The notes under the pieces were generated by a model, which saw nothing but the letters and a program-made list of their open reading frames with translations, was not told the origin of the DNA and did not search any database. A program made the translations under genes and the position numbers. Positions 8,681 through 18,300 of a DNA stretch of 26,854 bases are shown here, one piece after another. Source of the DNA: an uncultured Methanosarcinales archaeon (GTDB taxonomy: Archaea; Nanobdellota; Nanobdellia; Woesearchaeales; CAYSVS01); contig CAZPRK010000005.1 in assembly GCA_964589485.1 (NCBI GenBank), forward strand, positions 62,001 to 88,854, in the 5' to 3' direction. The number at the start of each line of letters is the position of its first letter. The stretch's first letter is position 1.

Positions 8681-9024
8681 CTTTTATCTTTCTGTTCTAA
8701 AGAATTTAATCTATGATTAATAGCTTCCATTGTACTTCTTAAAGCATCTAACTTTGCAGAAATTATTTCCAAATCTTTTTGAATTGAGTTATCCGCTACA
8801 GGTTGTTGTATTGGTTGCGGTTGTACTCTTGGAGCTTCAAAGGGAGTATTCATAGTATTTTTTTCTTCCTCAAAAGCTTTTGGCATCCTAGGCCTTTGAA
8901 AAGTATCTTCTTGTTTCTCTGCTTCTAAACCAAGAGTATTTTCTTGATCTAATCCTAATTCTTTATCAATATCCAAATCTCCAAAATCATCATTTTTTTT
9001 CCAAAATTTTAATTTATCAAACAT
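8674..9024 (-). CDS. Hypothetical protein: amphipathic N-terminus, disordered linker, C-terminal coiled coil
   Basis: MFDKLKFWKK start; Pro/Gln-rich middle; heptad pattern IQKDLEIISAKLDALRSTMEAINHRLNSLE. Overlaps the lspA start by 7 nt. Confidence 0.85.
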   Translation of the reverse strand: MFDKLKFWKKNDDFGDLDIDKELGLDQENTLGLEAEKQEDTFQRPRMPKAFEEEKNTMNTPFEAPRVQPQPIQQPVADNSIQKDLEIISAKLDALRSTMEAINHRLNSLEQKDKRW

Positions 9025-9028
9025 TTCC

Positions 9029-9739
9029 TTATACCATCTTTTCTAAATAACTAGCAGGTAAGTATTTTAATAATTTAATTGAAATTGTCTCAGGATAAAC
9101 AAAAACTTTTCCTTGAGTAAATTCATTAAATAATACACTTACACCACCTTTCATTTTTTCTTGTAATAAACCTAATGAAACCATAGCTTTAACTTGATCA
9201 CTTGATCCTAAATCTAAAGTTATCAAACTAGGATCTACTCCTAACTTAGTTGCATATATTTTTAATAATAAGTTTCCAGCATCTTTTGCTGCAAGAACAT
9301 CTAATGCTTCATCTTTTGATATTTCAAACTGTCCTAAACTTAAAGAAGTAATATCATCAAAAAAACCATCTTTTAATATAAATAATTTATAACTATCTCC
9401 CAACATTTTATCATATTCAGAATTAGAATATTGTTCACTATAAACATTCAATTGTTCATTAGAAAATACAACTGGAAGATCGTTCATATTAATTTCTTTA
9501 AACTGAATTCCACTTAAAATATTGTCAGAATCTTGCAATAATAATATTTTTTCTTCAATTGGTAAACTTTGAGTTAAATCGGTAATATCTTGATATACAA
9601 AAAAACCTAATACTGCAATAAAGATAGAAAATATAGTTGTAATATATATAAAACCTTTAAACATTTTTCCTAAAAAATGAATAACTACAGTGGATATAAT
9701 AATAAACAATATAATACCAATAAGTGGAGTATAATCCAT
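9029..9739 (-). CDS. Hypothetical membrane protein (2 N-terminal TM plus soluble domain)
   Basis: Two hydrophobic helices; SD GAGGTGA at 9744-9750; first gene of a probable three-gene unit ending in lspA. Confidence 0.85.
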   Translation of the reverse strand: MDYTPLIGIILFIIISTVVIHFLGKMFKGFIYITTIFSIFIAVLGFFVYQDITDLTQSLPIEEKILLLQDSDNILSGIQFKEINMNDLPVVFSNEQLNVYSEQYSNSEYDKMLGDSYKLFILKDGFFDDITSLSLGQFEISKDEALDVLAAKDAGNLLLKIYATKLGVDPSLITLDLGSSDQVKAMVSLGLLQEKMKGGVSVLFNEFTQGKVFVYPETISIKLLKYLPASYLEKMV

Positions 9740-9795
9740 TAAATCACCTCTAATAATATTTAAAATATATAGTATTTAAACTTTTCTTATAAAAG

Positions 9796-11010
9796 TCACT
9801 CTATCCTTAATAAACCCTTAAACCCATCAACAACTCTTTTTTCAAAATCAACTACTTTTTCGCCTTCTTGTTTCATTGTATTTAACAAATTCATCATATC
9901 AGAAGTTAATTGTGATTCTTGTTCTAAATCTAAATTTTTAACTTTAATTTGACCAATATGTTCTTTTATTAATTTAATTTCAACATCCTTTGAATCAATC
10001 GTGTTGACTTTAATTTCTTCAAATTCTTTAGTTTTTAATGCAGAAGTATTTTTCATTACAAAATATGCACCTTTATTTGTAACTGCTTCAAATAATTTAT
10101 TAAAGTCAATATCAAAAACTTTCCCATTTTCTAAAGTTCCATGAACTCTAATAGTTACAATACTATTTTTTAATTCTAATTTATCTATTTCAGATAAAAT
10201 ATTATTTTCAATTTCTCTTGGAGAGTTATGGTTACTCAATACTTCTATTTTAGCATGAGAATAAATTTGCACAGGAATCCAATCCAAATTATCATTTTCT
10301 ACAATGTAAAATCCCCCTCTTCCATATTTTTCCAACTCAGCAAAATTATTAGGAAATAATGCTCCAGGATAAGTAATAAGACCATATCCTGGTTCTTGCT
10401 TATCAAAAATATAATGCACATGCCCGCCAGCATAATAATTAAAATTTTTAGGTAATAGACTTAAAGGATTTGCTTCCATGTTTTCTAATCCCTTCGGTTT
10501 AAATTCTTCCAATGCAGAATGAAACATGAATATTTTATATCCATCTTCTTCCTCTAAATGATGTTTCAGTAAATTTTCATAATACTTTTTCTCTAAACAT
10601 CCTTTCTTTCCTAACATTCCAGTAATTTTAACTCCAGTTTTTTCATCTATTGTAAACCTTAACTTTAACTTGTTATCAATTATTTCTCCTTTAACTACAT
10701 TAATAACCAATTGAGCTTCTTCTAAAACATCTAACATTGTTTTTCCACTTGGAGAAAAATCATGACTTCCAGCTATAATATAAACTGGAATTTTTGCATT
10801 TTTTACTTTTCTTAAATGTATGACTGTAGTTTTTAACCTATCGACACTAGGTAATGATGTATCAAATAAATCTCCAGAAATTAACACAAAATCAACTTTT
10901 TTTTCAATACAAATATCTATAGCTCTTCCGAAAGCTTCCAATCCCAATTCACTTAATTTAGGGTCTCTCCATCCACCAATATGAACATCTGACATGTGTG
11001 CGAATTTCAA
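9796..11010 (-). CDS. mre11: DNA double-strand break repair nuclease Mre11 (SbcD-like metallophosphoesterase)
   Basis: Phosphoesterase motifs [29 protein letters not shown]. The TTG start overlaps the herA TGA. Confidence 0.92.
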   Translation of the reverse strand: MKFAHMSDVHIGGWRDPKLSELGLEAFGRAIDICIEKKVDFVLISGDLFDTSLPSVDRLKTTVIHLRKVKNAKIPVYIIAGSHDFSPSGKTMLDVLEEAQLVINVVKGEIIDNKLKLRFTIDEKTGVKITGMLGKKGCLEKKYYENLLKHHLEEEDGYKIFMFHSALEEFKPKGLENMEANPLSLLPKNFNYYAGGHVHYIFDKQEPGYGLITYPGALFPNNFAELEKYGRGGFYIVENDNLDWIPVQIYSHAKIEVLSNHNSPREIENNILSEIDKLELKNSIVTIRVHGTLENGKVFDIDFNKLFEAVTNKGAYFVMKNTSALKTKEFEEIKVNTIDSKDVEIKLIKEHIGQIKVKNLDLEQESQLTSDMMNLLNTMKQEGEKVVDFEKRVVDGFKGLLRIE

Positions 11011-12524
11011 TTTGAAAACCCACCATAATTTAATTTAACATTTTCTTTTTCTTCAATTTTCGCAAATTTTTCAAATAAAGGAATTCTAATAGGCATTGCA
11101 AATTTAGTAAAATTACTTGTAATTATAGCTTCACCTTTATCTAAGGAAGCTATATTCCTGTTATCTGTACTTAAATCTTGACTTGCAGAATCTATAATTG
11201 CTTGCCTTTCAGGAGCCATTTCAATACCAAGAATAATTTTAGTATTCATGTTAGCTAAAATTTGCCTAGGAATCAATGAAGGCAATTGAGTTATTGCAGT
11301 TAATCCCACTTGAAATTTTCTTCCTTCCCTTGCAATGGTTGCAAAAATGTTACTTCCTCTTTCCAAAATTTCTTTCCCTAATACTCTAGGAGCTTCTTCT
11401 AAAATAATATTAATTACAGGTTTATTATTTAATTCTCCTTTTCCTTTATAATTTTTATATCTTGAAAAAATTTCCCAAGAAACTAAACTACCTATTAAAA
11501 TTTCTACATTTCCTGAAAAAACACTTGTATCAATAATAACAGTATTACTTTGTTCCAATTCATTACAAATATCGGTAATAGTTGTATCTCCTGCAGATGT
11601 TTCAAATATACTATTAGTAAAAATTTCATGTCCATTGGATTCTATACTTAAAATTTGCATTAAAACTCGTTTTATAACTGCAATTGTTCCTTCAAAAAAG
11701 CTATTCTTTTCAAGTAAAGATTTATCCAATACAATAGCTTCAATCCAATTCTTACCGTATTCTTTATAATATTGTTGTAAAGCTTGAATTTGTGGATCTG
11801 AAAAATTAATACATCCATTAAAATGCCAAGGTTTAATATTTTTTATATTAATTTTTAATGTCCTTGTTCCAGAAACAGGATTTGAAGAATAATAAACTAC
11901 TTTATTGCTAGAATGATCTTTCAAACCTAATTTATTTCTTCCATAATATTCATCATGTGGATCTAATACTAAAGTACCACAATAAGTTTTATCTAAAGAA
12001 TCCCAAAGCATTACAGACAACATATTACTTTTTCCTCTTCCAGTAGTTGCTGCAATTAAAACATGATGAGTAAATACATTTTTTCCAGGAAGATAAACAT
12101 CTACATCTAAAACTTTAGAACCACTTCTTAAATTCCCAACAAAAATACTATCATTTGGTTTTTCTAAGAAACTTAAATCACTTGATGTTATTTCTCTTAC
12201 TTCTGAAAAAAAAACAGGTAATTCTTTACAAAGTTTTGCATTAACGTTACTTACATTAATCATCGGTTTTAATAAAGCTAAATTATAATTTCTCAAATTA
12301 GCATCAAAAAAATCACTATTTTCATTTTGTTCAAGTTTTAATCCCGAAACTAATTCTAAATTTTGTTGTGTGATTTGACTCCCATATATTAAATCAAATA
12401 CTTGTAATAATATTTTTCCTTGATCGCTTTGAGAAACTAATAATTCACCTAATTCAATTTTCTCTGAACTTTTTTGCCTAATACAAATTTCTCCAAATTT
12501 CCCACCAATAACTATACCTTTCAT
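11007..12524 (-). CDS. herA: HerA bipolar helicase/translocase (HAS barrel plus FtsK-HerA ATPase)
   Basis: N-terminal beta-barrel (ELGELLV), Walker [18 protein letters not shown], Walker [20 protein letters not shown]. Confidence 0.92.
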   Translation of the reverse strand: MKGIVIGGKFGEICIRQKSSEKIELGELLVSQSDQGKILLQVFDLIYGSQITQQNLELVSGLKLEQNENSDFFDANLRNYNLALLKPMINVSNVNAKLCKELPVFFSEVREITSSDLSFLEKPNDSIFVGNLRSGSKVLDVDVYLPGKNVFTHHVLIAATTGRGKSNMLSVMLWDSLDKTYCGTLVLDPHDEYYGRNKLGLKDHSSNKVVYYSSNPVSGTRTLKINIKNIKPWHFNGCINFSDPQIQALQQYYKEYGKNWIEAIVLDKSLLEKNSFFEGTIAVIKRVLMQILSIESNGHEIFTNSIFETSAGDTTITDICNELEQSNTVIIDTSVFSGNVEILIGSLVSWEIFSRYKNYKGKGELNNKPVINIILEEAPRVLGKEILERGSNIFATIAREGRKFQVGLTAITQLPSLIPRQILANMNTKIILGIEMAPERQAIIDSASQDLSTDNRNIASLDKGEAIITSNFTKFAMPIRIPLFEKFAKIEEKENVKLNYGGFSN

Positions 12525-12548
12525 TGATTAAAAAAATCAAGTGATAAT

Positions 12549-12556
12549 TATTTAAA
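12549..12556 (-). promoter_or_regulatory. Archaeal TATA box for herA-mre11
   Basis: TTTAAATA on the minus strand, 24 nt before the herA ATG. Confidence 0.55.
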
Positions 12557-12628
12557 GATTTGGATTATCAAAAACATAATTACAACACTATACAAATCAT
12601 TATAAATCAAAATAAAAACCAAATAACC

Positions 12629-12952
12629 ATGCCAAAAAAAACATTAACTTTACACATCGAAGGAGAAGTATTAGATAACTTCAAAAATTATTGTAAATTA
12701 AATGCATTAAAAGTAAGCGCTAAAATCGAACTATTGCTAAAGCAAGAAATGGAAAATGCAAAAAACAATCCCACTTTAGTTCAAATGTTTAAAGAAATTA
12801 TAGATCAAAATAAAGTACAAAAGGCAGCTACAAAGCCAGACCAAATTCATATGCAATATGCTCCAAAAACTAACATTTCAGATATTATCCAAGAAGTTAA
12901 AAACAGAAAAACTCCAACTATTGATCAATTAAGATACAGAAGAAGTCTCTAA
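12629..12952 (+). CDS. Ribbon-helix-helix (CopG/Arc-like) DNA-binding protein; start revised from TTG 12560 to ATG 12629
   Basis: MPKKTLTLHIEGEVLDNFKNYCKLNALKVSAKIELLL is a beta-strand plus two helices, as in RHH proteins. TTATAAA at about 12600-12606 lies at typical spacing from ATG 12629. Confidence 0.7.
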   Translation: MPKKTLTLHIEGEVLDNFKNYCKLNALKVSAKIELLLKQEMENAKNNPTLVQMFKEIIDQNKVQKAATKPDQIHMQYAPKTNISDIIQEVKNRKTPTIDQLRYRRSL

Positions 12953-13639
12953 TTTAACAATTTTATCTATTTCTCTTTGCGTAATTGAAGCTCCTCGTAA
13001 TTTCAATGCCCATAAAACAGCTTGTAATAAAAATTTACCTGGTTTTTTTACTTCCTTTTTTTTTGGTAAAAAATCATTTAACCATCCTTTCTCATAAGCA
13101 ACAACAGCCAATTCAATTGACCTTATTAATTTAATATTTTTAGTTTTTTCCTTAAACTTTCTCAATTTAGCTTTATCAAATTTCATAGTCCTATGAAGTC
13201 TTCCAGACATAATTTTTTCAACCATCATAGGTTCTTCCACAACACTTCTCATCATTCTTTCATCTACAACCATTGCTTCGGCTTTTAATTTTATAGCTAA
13301 TGCTACAGCTTCCATTTCAGCATAATGTATCATTTTAAAATTTTCTTTACTACAAGTATAACAAGTGTTTACTAATGCTAAAAGAGAATTAGTTAATTTA
13401 GTTAATTCAGGAGTTTCAGTATGAACCTTTAAAGTCCCTTTTCTAATATAATTCAAAACTTGTAAAGCTTCAAATTTAAATTTTTTTGATTCAATTGGTC
13501 TATCTATTAATTCTTTTCGTACAGATAAAGGAATGTAAAATTCTCCACCAAAATCTTCCTTTAATTTATCTAAAACCCATAACATATTATTTACAGCTAA
13601 ACTTATAATAGGTCCAGAATCAAAAATAATAACTCTCAT
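12929..13639 (-). CDS. PIN-domain protein (DUF3368/COG2405-like)
   Basis: IIFDSGPIISL, YIP.SV..EL, AEMEAVALA, VVDER give the acidic residue set of the PIN fold. Confidence 0.8.
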   Translation of the reverse strand: MRVIIFDSGPIISLAVNNMLWVLDKLKEDFGGEFYIPLSVRKELIDRPIESKKFKFEALQVLNYIRKGTLKVHTETPELTKLTNSLLALVNTCYTCSKENFKMIHYAEMEAVALAIKLKAEAMVVDERMMRSVVEEPMMVEKIMSGRLHRTMKFDKAKLRKFKEKTKNIKLIRSIELAVVAYEKGWLNDFLPKKKEVKKPGKFLLQAVLWALKLRGASITQREIDKIVKLETSSVS

Positions 13640-14196
13640 TTGAATAATTTCCTCGCAAAATTTAACCTTCGTTTTACATCTTCCTTGAAAGGGTTTAAAT
13701 CCATAAATTCAGTCTTACCAACATAACTCATCAATTCCCATTGTGAAATTCCCATAAGTGATGCTGCTTTTGCGATACTAACTCCATTTTCAACTAATTT
13801 ACTTCCCTTTGTAATTCTAGCTTTATTAACAACTTCTTCAACAAAAATTCTTAACCTTGCATCAATCTTATCAATTAGCTTAAATATTGCTTTTATTTCA
13901 GAACTATATCTTTTCCTATCAGATTGTTTCATAAACTCGATTGCATTTTTTAAATATAAAATAATAGAAGAATAATATTTTTTATCAATAATTGTCATTC
14001 TTTCTAAAATTTTAAAAATAGAATAAATTAAAACTGCAATAGACATTGAATCTTCATCTTGATATAAAGCAGTTAATTTTATTGCCCTATTACTTAATTC
14101 TTTCAATTCAAAAATATCTCTATCTACTCTACTTTCTAATACATTAATAGTTAAAGTTAAAATTTCTAATAATTCTTTTTTAAGTGCAAGAATCAT
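13636..14196 (-). CDS. Helical protein with C-terminal HTH (UPF0175/COG2886-like), PIN partner
   Basis: GVSIAKAASLMGISQWELM matches the G.IS..KAA.L.G.S..EF pattern. ATGA overlap with the PIN gene. Confidence 0.72.
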   Translation of the reverse strand: MILALKKELLEILTLTINVLESRVDRDIFELKELSNRAIKLTALYQDEDSMSIAVLIYSIFKILERMTIIDKKYYSSIILYLKNAIEFMKQSDRKRYSSEIKAIFKLIDKIDARLRIFVEEVVNKARITKGSKLVENGVSIAKAASLMGISQWELMSYVGKTEFMDLNPFKEDVKRRLNFARKLFK

Positions 14197-14284
14197 ATCA
14201 GAATATTTAATATTACAATATAAAAGCTTTTCTATATATAAAGGTACAATAAAATATTTAAAGTAAATATTGTATCCTTAAACT

Positions 14285-14599
14285 ATGTCTTCAATATGCG
14301 AAAAATGTAAATGCGAGATTAATATTAATAATGTAAAATATGTATCTCAAGATGAAGATAATTATAGCGTATTATGTTTATCTTGTTACTCTGGAAAAAC
14401 TCCACAACCTCCTAAGTCAACAAATAAAATTAAGTATTTTTGTTCAAGGTGTAGATATAGCTTTTCCAGAAACCCAACTGTAAAAACTAAATGCCCTTAT
14501 TGTGGAAAAGAAGATAAAATTATTAATGATGACCGTGACATTAAAAACATTATATCAGAAGTTTCTGATCCTACTTTCGATGAAGGAAACCTTTTCTAA
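14285..14599 (+). CDS. Small double zinc-ribbon protein
   Basis: Four CxxC pairs: CEKC, CLSC, CSRC, CPYC. Confidence 0.8.
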   Translation: MSSICEKCKCEININNVKYVSQDEDNYSVLCLSCYSGKTPQPPKSTNKIKYFCSRCRYSFSRNPTVKTKCPYCGKEDKIINDDRDIKNIISEVSDPTFDEGNLF

Positions 14600-15332
14600 A
14601 ATAGATTAAAACTATAATTACAGTAAGTATAGAAATATATTGCCATGAAGTTAACATAAAAATTCTAGGATCTTCCCTAAAAAAATCTACAATAAACCTT
14701 AAAATAGAGTAAAATAATACAAAATTAAGTAAAACCATTCCATCTTGTAACTTTTTCTGTTGCTTAATCTTAACTATAAGTAATAATATTAAAAATAATA
14801 TTAAATGCGTCATTGCTGCATACAATTGATAAGGGTGTCTACAACCTTCATACCCAATAAAATTAAAACACCAATTTACATTTGTTACAGTTCCTACTAA
14901 TTCTTGATTAATTAAATTAGCTACTCTTCCTAATATTAAAGTAAAAGAAACAGGAACAACAATTAAATCAGCTAACTTAAAAAAATCTAATTTATATTTT
15001 TTCACAAAATATATCCCACTTACCAATATACCAATCAATGCTCCAAAGAAAGACATTCCTCCATTCCACACTTTAAACAATTCTAAAGGGTTAGTAAAAA
15101 AAATAGATGGTTGATTTATTAAAAAATGCATTAATCTAGCTCCAACTATTAGACCAATCATAGAATTAAAAATAAAAGAATCTAAAGTTTCATCATTTAA
15201 ATTAAGTTCATTCTTTTTTTTATTTAAAATATAATAAACTAATAAAAACCCTAATATATACACTAAACCATAATACCTTATTTCAATTGCACCATACTTA
15301 AAAAGATAAGGAGCAATATTAATTTCATACAT
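14571..15332 (-). CDS. lgt: Prolipoprotein diacylglyceryl transferase
   Basis: IRYYGL.Y..GF, G..VGARL, W.GGMSF.G, signature LGR.AN.IN.EL.G, RHP.QLY, Y...RF.VDFFRE; multiple TM helices. Confidence 0.95.
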   Translation of the reverse strand: MYEINIAPYLFKYGAIEIRYYGLVYILGFLLVYYILNKKKNELNLNDETLDSFIFNSMIGLIVGARLMHFLINQPSIFFTNPLELFKVWNGGMSFFGALIGILVSGIYFVKKYKLDFFKLADLIVVPVSFTLILGRVANLINQELVGTVTNVNWCFNFIGYEGCRHPYQLYAAMTHLILFLILLLIVKIKQQKKLQDGMVLLNFVLFYSILRFIVDFFREDPRIFMLTSWQYISILTVIIVLIYFRKGFLHRK

Positions 15333-15371
15333 AATATAAATAAAATTTACAAACTATATATATATTTTGAA

Positions 15372-18300
15372 TTAATTAAAGAAAAATTTCCTAAAGAAAT
15401 AAACAAACACAAATACTGCAAATAAATTTAAACCTAAAATCCAATAATTTCTATCATTTTTCTCTATTTCTTTTTCAAATTTAACTAATTCATTAGTTTT
15501 TATCTTTTCAGGCGTTTTTATAGAACTTTTAACTTGATCTGCATTAATTTCTTTTTCAGGCAATGTTATTGCTAAATACTCTAACTCCGAAACTTGAACT
15601 TCAAAATAACTATAATATGAATCAGAATTATACATTTTAAAAGTCAGTTTTTCCCATTTATCATTAATTAAATTATATACACCTATTCCATTCTCTAAAA
15701 AAGTTTTTTCAACTCTAAATCTAACCGTAACATCACTATAATCTTTAAATTTAAATTTTAAAAATTTATATATTGGTTCATCTAATGTTCTAAAACTATC
15801 CATAGTATAAACTTTAAGTTCTAAACTAGTTACATTAGATAATGCATTAAATTTCAATTCTCTTAATACAGCCCTAGTATGATTTAATTTTAATTCTAAT
15901 AAATCTCCTTCAGAAACATCAAGCCATATATGGGTAAAATTTAATCCTTTAGCTGCAGATGAAATTTTAGATCCACCGCCACCTCCGCCGCCGCCTCCAC
16001 CTGAACTACTTGATGAAGAACTAGAAGAACTACTTCCAGGAGATTTACTCCCTGAATTTTTTACTCCTGAAACAAATGTTGAAAAATGACTTACATTTGC
16101 TTCATATGTAATAAATTGCCCAACATTACTTACGTTTACAGTTGATAATTCTTCAAAACTATTTGTTGAACCAGTTTGAGTTGAATATAATGAAATGTTA
16201 TCATAACTAATATTTTGAGAATCTAATTTAATTTTTGAAATTTTAAACGTCATTACACTATCCATTGAACTATTTGTTGTATTCGATTCAACTGTAAATG
16301 ATGTAAATGTTTTTATTGTATAAAGGGAAGTAAAAGTTTCAGGAACTGTAGGAAGAACAGCTAAATCTAATGAAATTGAAGCAGGTAAAGATCTAAAACT
16401 TGAAACAGTATTGGCTACAAAACTACTCAAGTTTGCTCCGCCAGATGAAGTTGCAGCAAATAATTGACTAAAACTTGATTCCACAATAGCAAAAGAAAAA
16501 TTCTTAATATTTCTATTTCCATGTACATCCCAAATAGATAAATATAAAGATTGATTTTGAATTGAAGTATCGTAATATTTACTTAAATCAAATCCTGACA
16601 ATTGTTTACTTGAATTCATTATATTTACTATACTCCCATTAGTTGTAATTATAGTTAAATTTGTCCAATCATTCATTGTAATGTCAAAATCAGATAATAT
16701 TTCAGATGTTAAGACACTTCCATTTACAATTTCACTTGAAGTAATAGTTGGAGGTGTAGTATCGTTAACTAAAAAATCATAATTAAATTCTACATAATTT
16801 GAATGTACATCTTTTAATCCTAATACAACTCCATTAGTTCCATTGTTTAGAATATTATGAAACAAGGACCCATTAACTGGAACATTTGTACAATTAGTAA
16901 TTACAATTCCATTTGTTTTATTCTTAACACAATAATCATTAATTGAAACATTAAAAATAAATTCACCTGAATTTACAGAAATATTTAACATTGAAAGGTT
17001 GTCATTTACAGAAATATTTAGTTTAACATTTTCACCTGACTCTAAACTAACACTTCCATTTATAGGAGATAAGAAAGTAATATTTCCAATAACATTATCT
17101 ATCGAAAAAGATAAAGCCTCCAAGGTAGGAGTAAAAACTCTAGTAATATTATCTAAAGGAACATTACCTGTAAAGTTAGACCAATAACAAGATAAATTTT
17201 GATCAAGATATGTTTTTTTAGTTTCATTTGTACAAATATTTTCAATTAAAAAACAATTATTTAATGAATAATTATTAGTACAATAATGAAAATAAGTTTT
17301 AGAAGAATCAAATGTACTTATATTAACATTAAAAGTCGCATAATAATACTCATCTGAAATAAAATCATTAAAAGATTTTACAACAACTTCTTTTTGAGGT
17401 GTAACTCCTAATGCAATAATTGAAGAATTAAATGTAAAGTCATGAGTTAATATTTTAAAATTTAAACTATTATTCCACTTTGCATTAGTCCCAGTAAAAT
17501 TTAAACTTACTGGAATGTTAGATAAGCTATAATTCACATCCAGATTTAAATTTAAAGTTTGATTAAAATATACTTTATCAACTCCAATTAAACTTCCATT
17601 TTGATATTTAATTGAAATATTACTTGTATTAGTATAAATAGTTTTCATTTTATTACTTTCAAACGTAGAATTAATTTTAGAATTAGTAATAAAATTATAT
17701 ATTTGAGTTTCAAAAATTTTGTTAGTAATATCGATTGCTCCAAATTTAATAGTATGTCTTCCAACATCTAACTGAGTAGTAAAAGAATTAGTTCCATTAC
17801 TATTAGATAAATTATATATTGCTCCATAATCTATGCTAAGATTAGTATAATTCAAATTAGATTCTACAACTGTCCAATTAAAAATATAAGTTCCATTTTC
17901 ATTATTAAATTGAATTCCTTCAGTTAAAGTTAAAGTATTTACATTAATATTACTAATGTTAGGAAATACTTCACTAATTAATAAAGTTTTATTTGAAGAA
18001 TTTACATTCCCAGAATAATCATAAGTAGTAATGTTCAAGTTATATGTTCCATTAGTTCCAATAATAGAGGTATGTAAAGTCCACGTTCCATCAAAGATAT
18101 TTCCATTAGATAAACTAAAATTTGTTGAATTAAATGTTAAATTTGAACTTAAACTCATATTTTTAATTCCAATAATATCAGTAACATTTACAGTAATAAT
18201 TAAAGAACTATTACTTTCAATGATTTCATTATTTAAACTAACACTTTCAATTATTGGTTTTTTGGTATCTATAACAACAATTCGACTAGTTGTAGTATTT

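Noticed and set aside
12560..12628. N-terminal 23-aa extension of the RHH ORF from TTG 12560
   Set aside because: Low-complexity Asn/Gln/Ile sequence that spans the likely promoter; the RHH fold starts at ATG 12629.
11007..13639. HerA with a neighbouring nuclease as an anti-phage system (Sir2-HerA-like)
   Set aside because: HerA has a HAS barrel and is coupled to Mre11, the housekeeping repair arrangement; the PIN gene is separated from it by a divergent promoter and gene.
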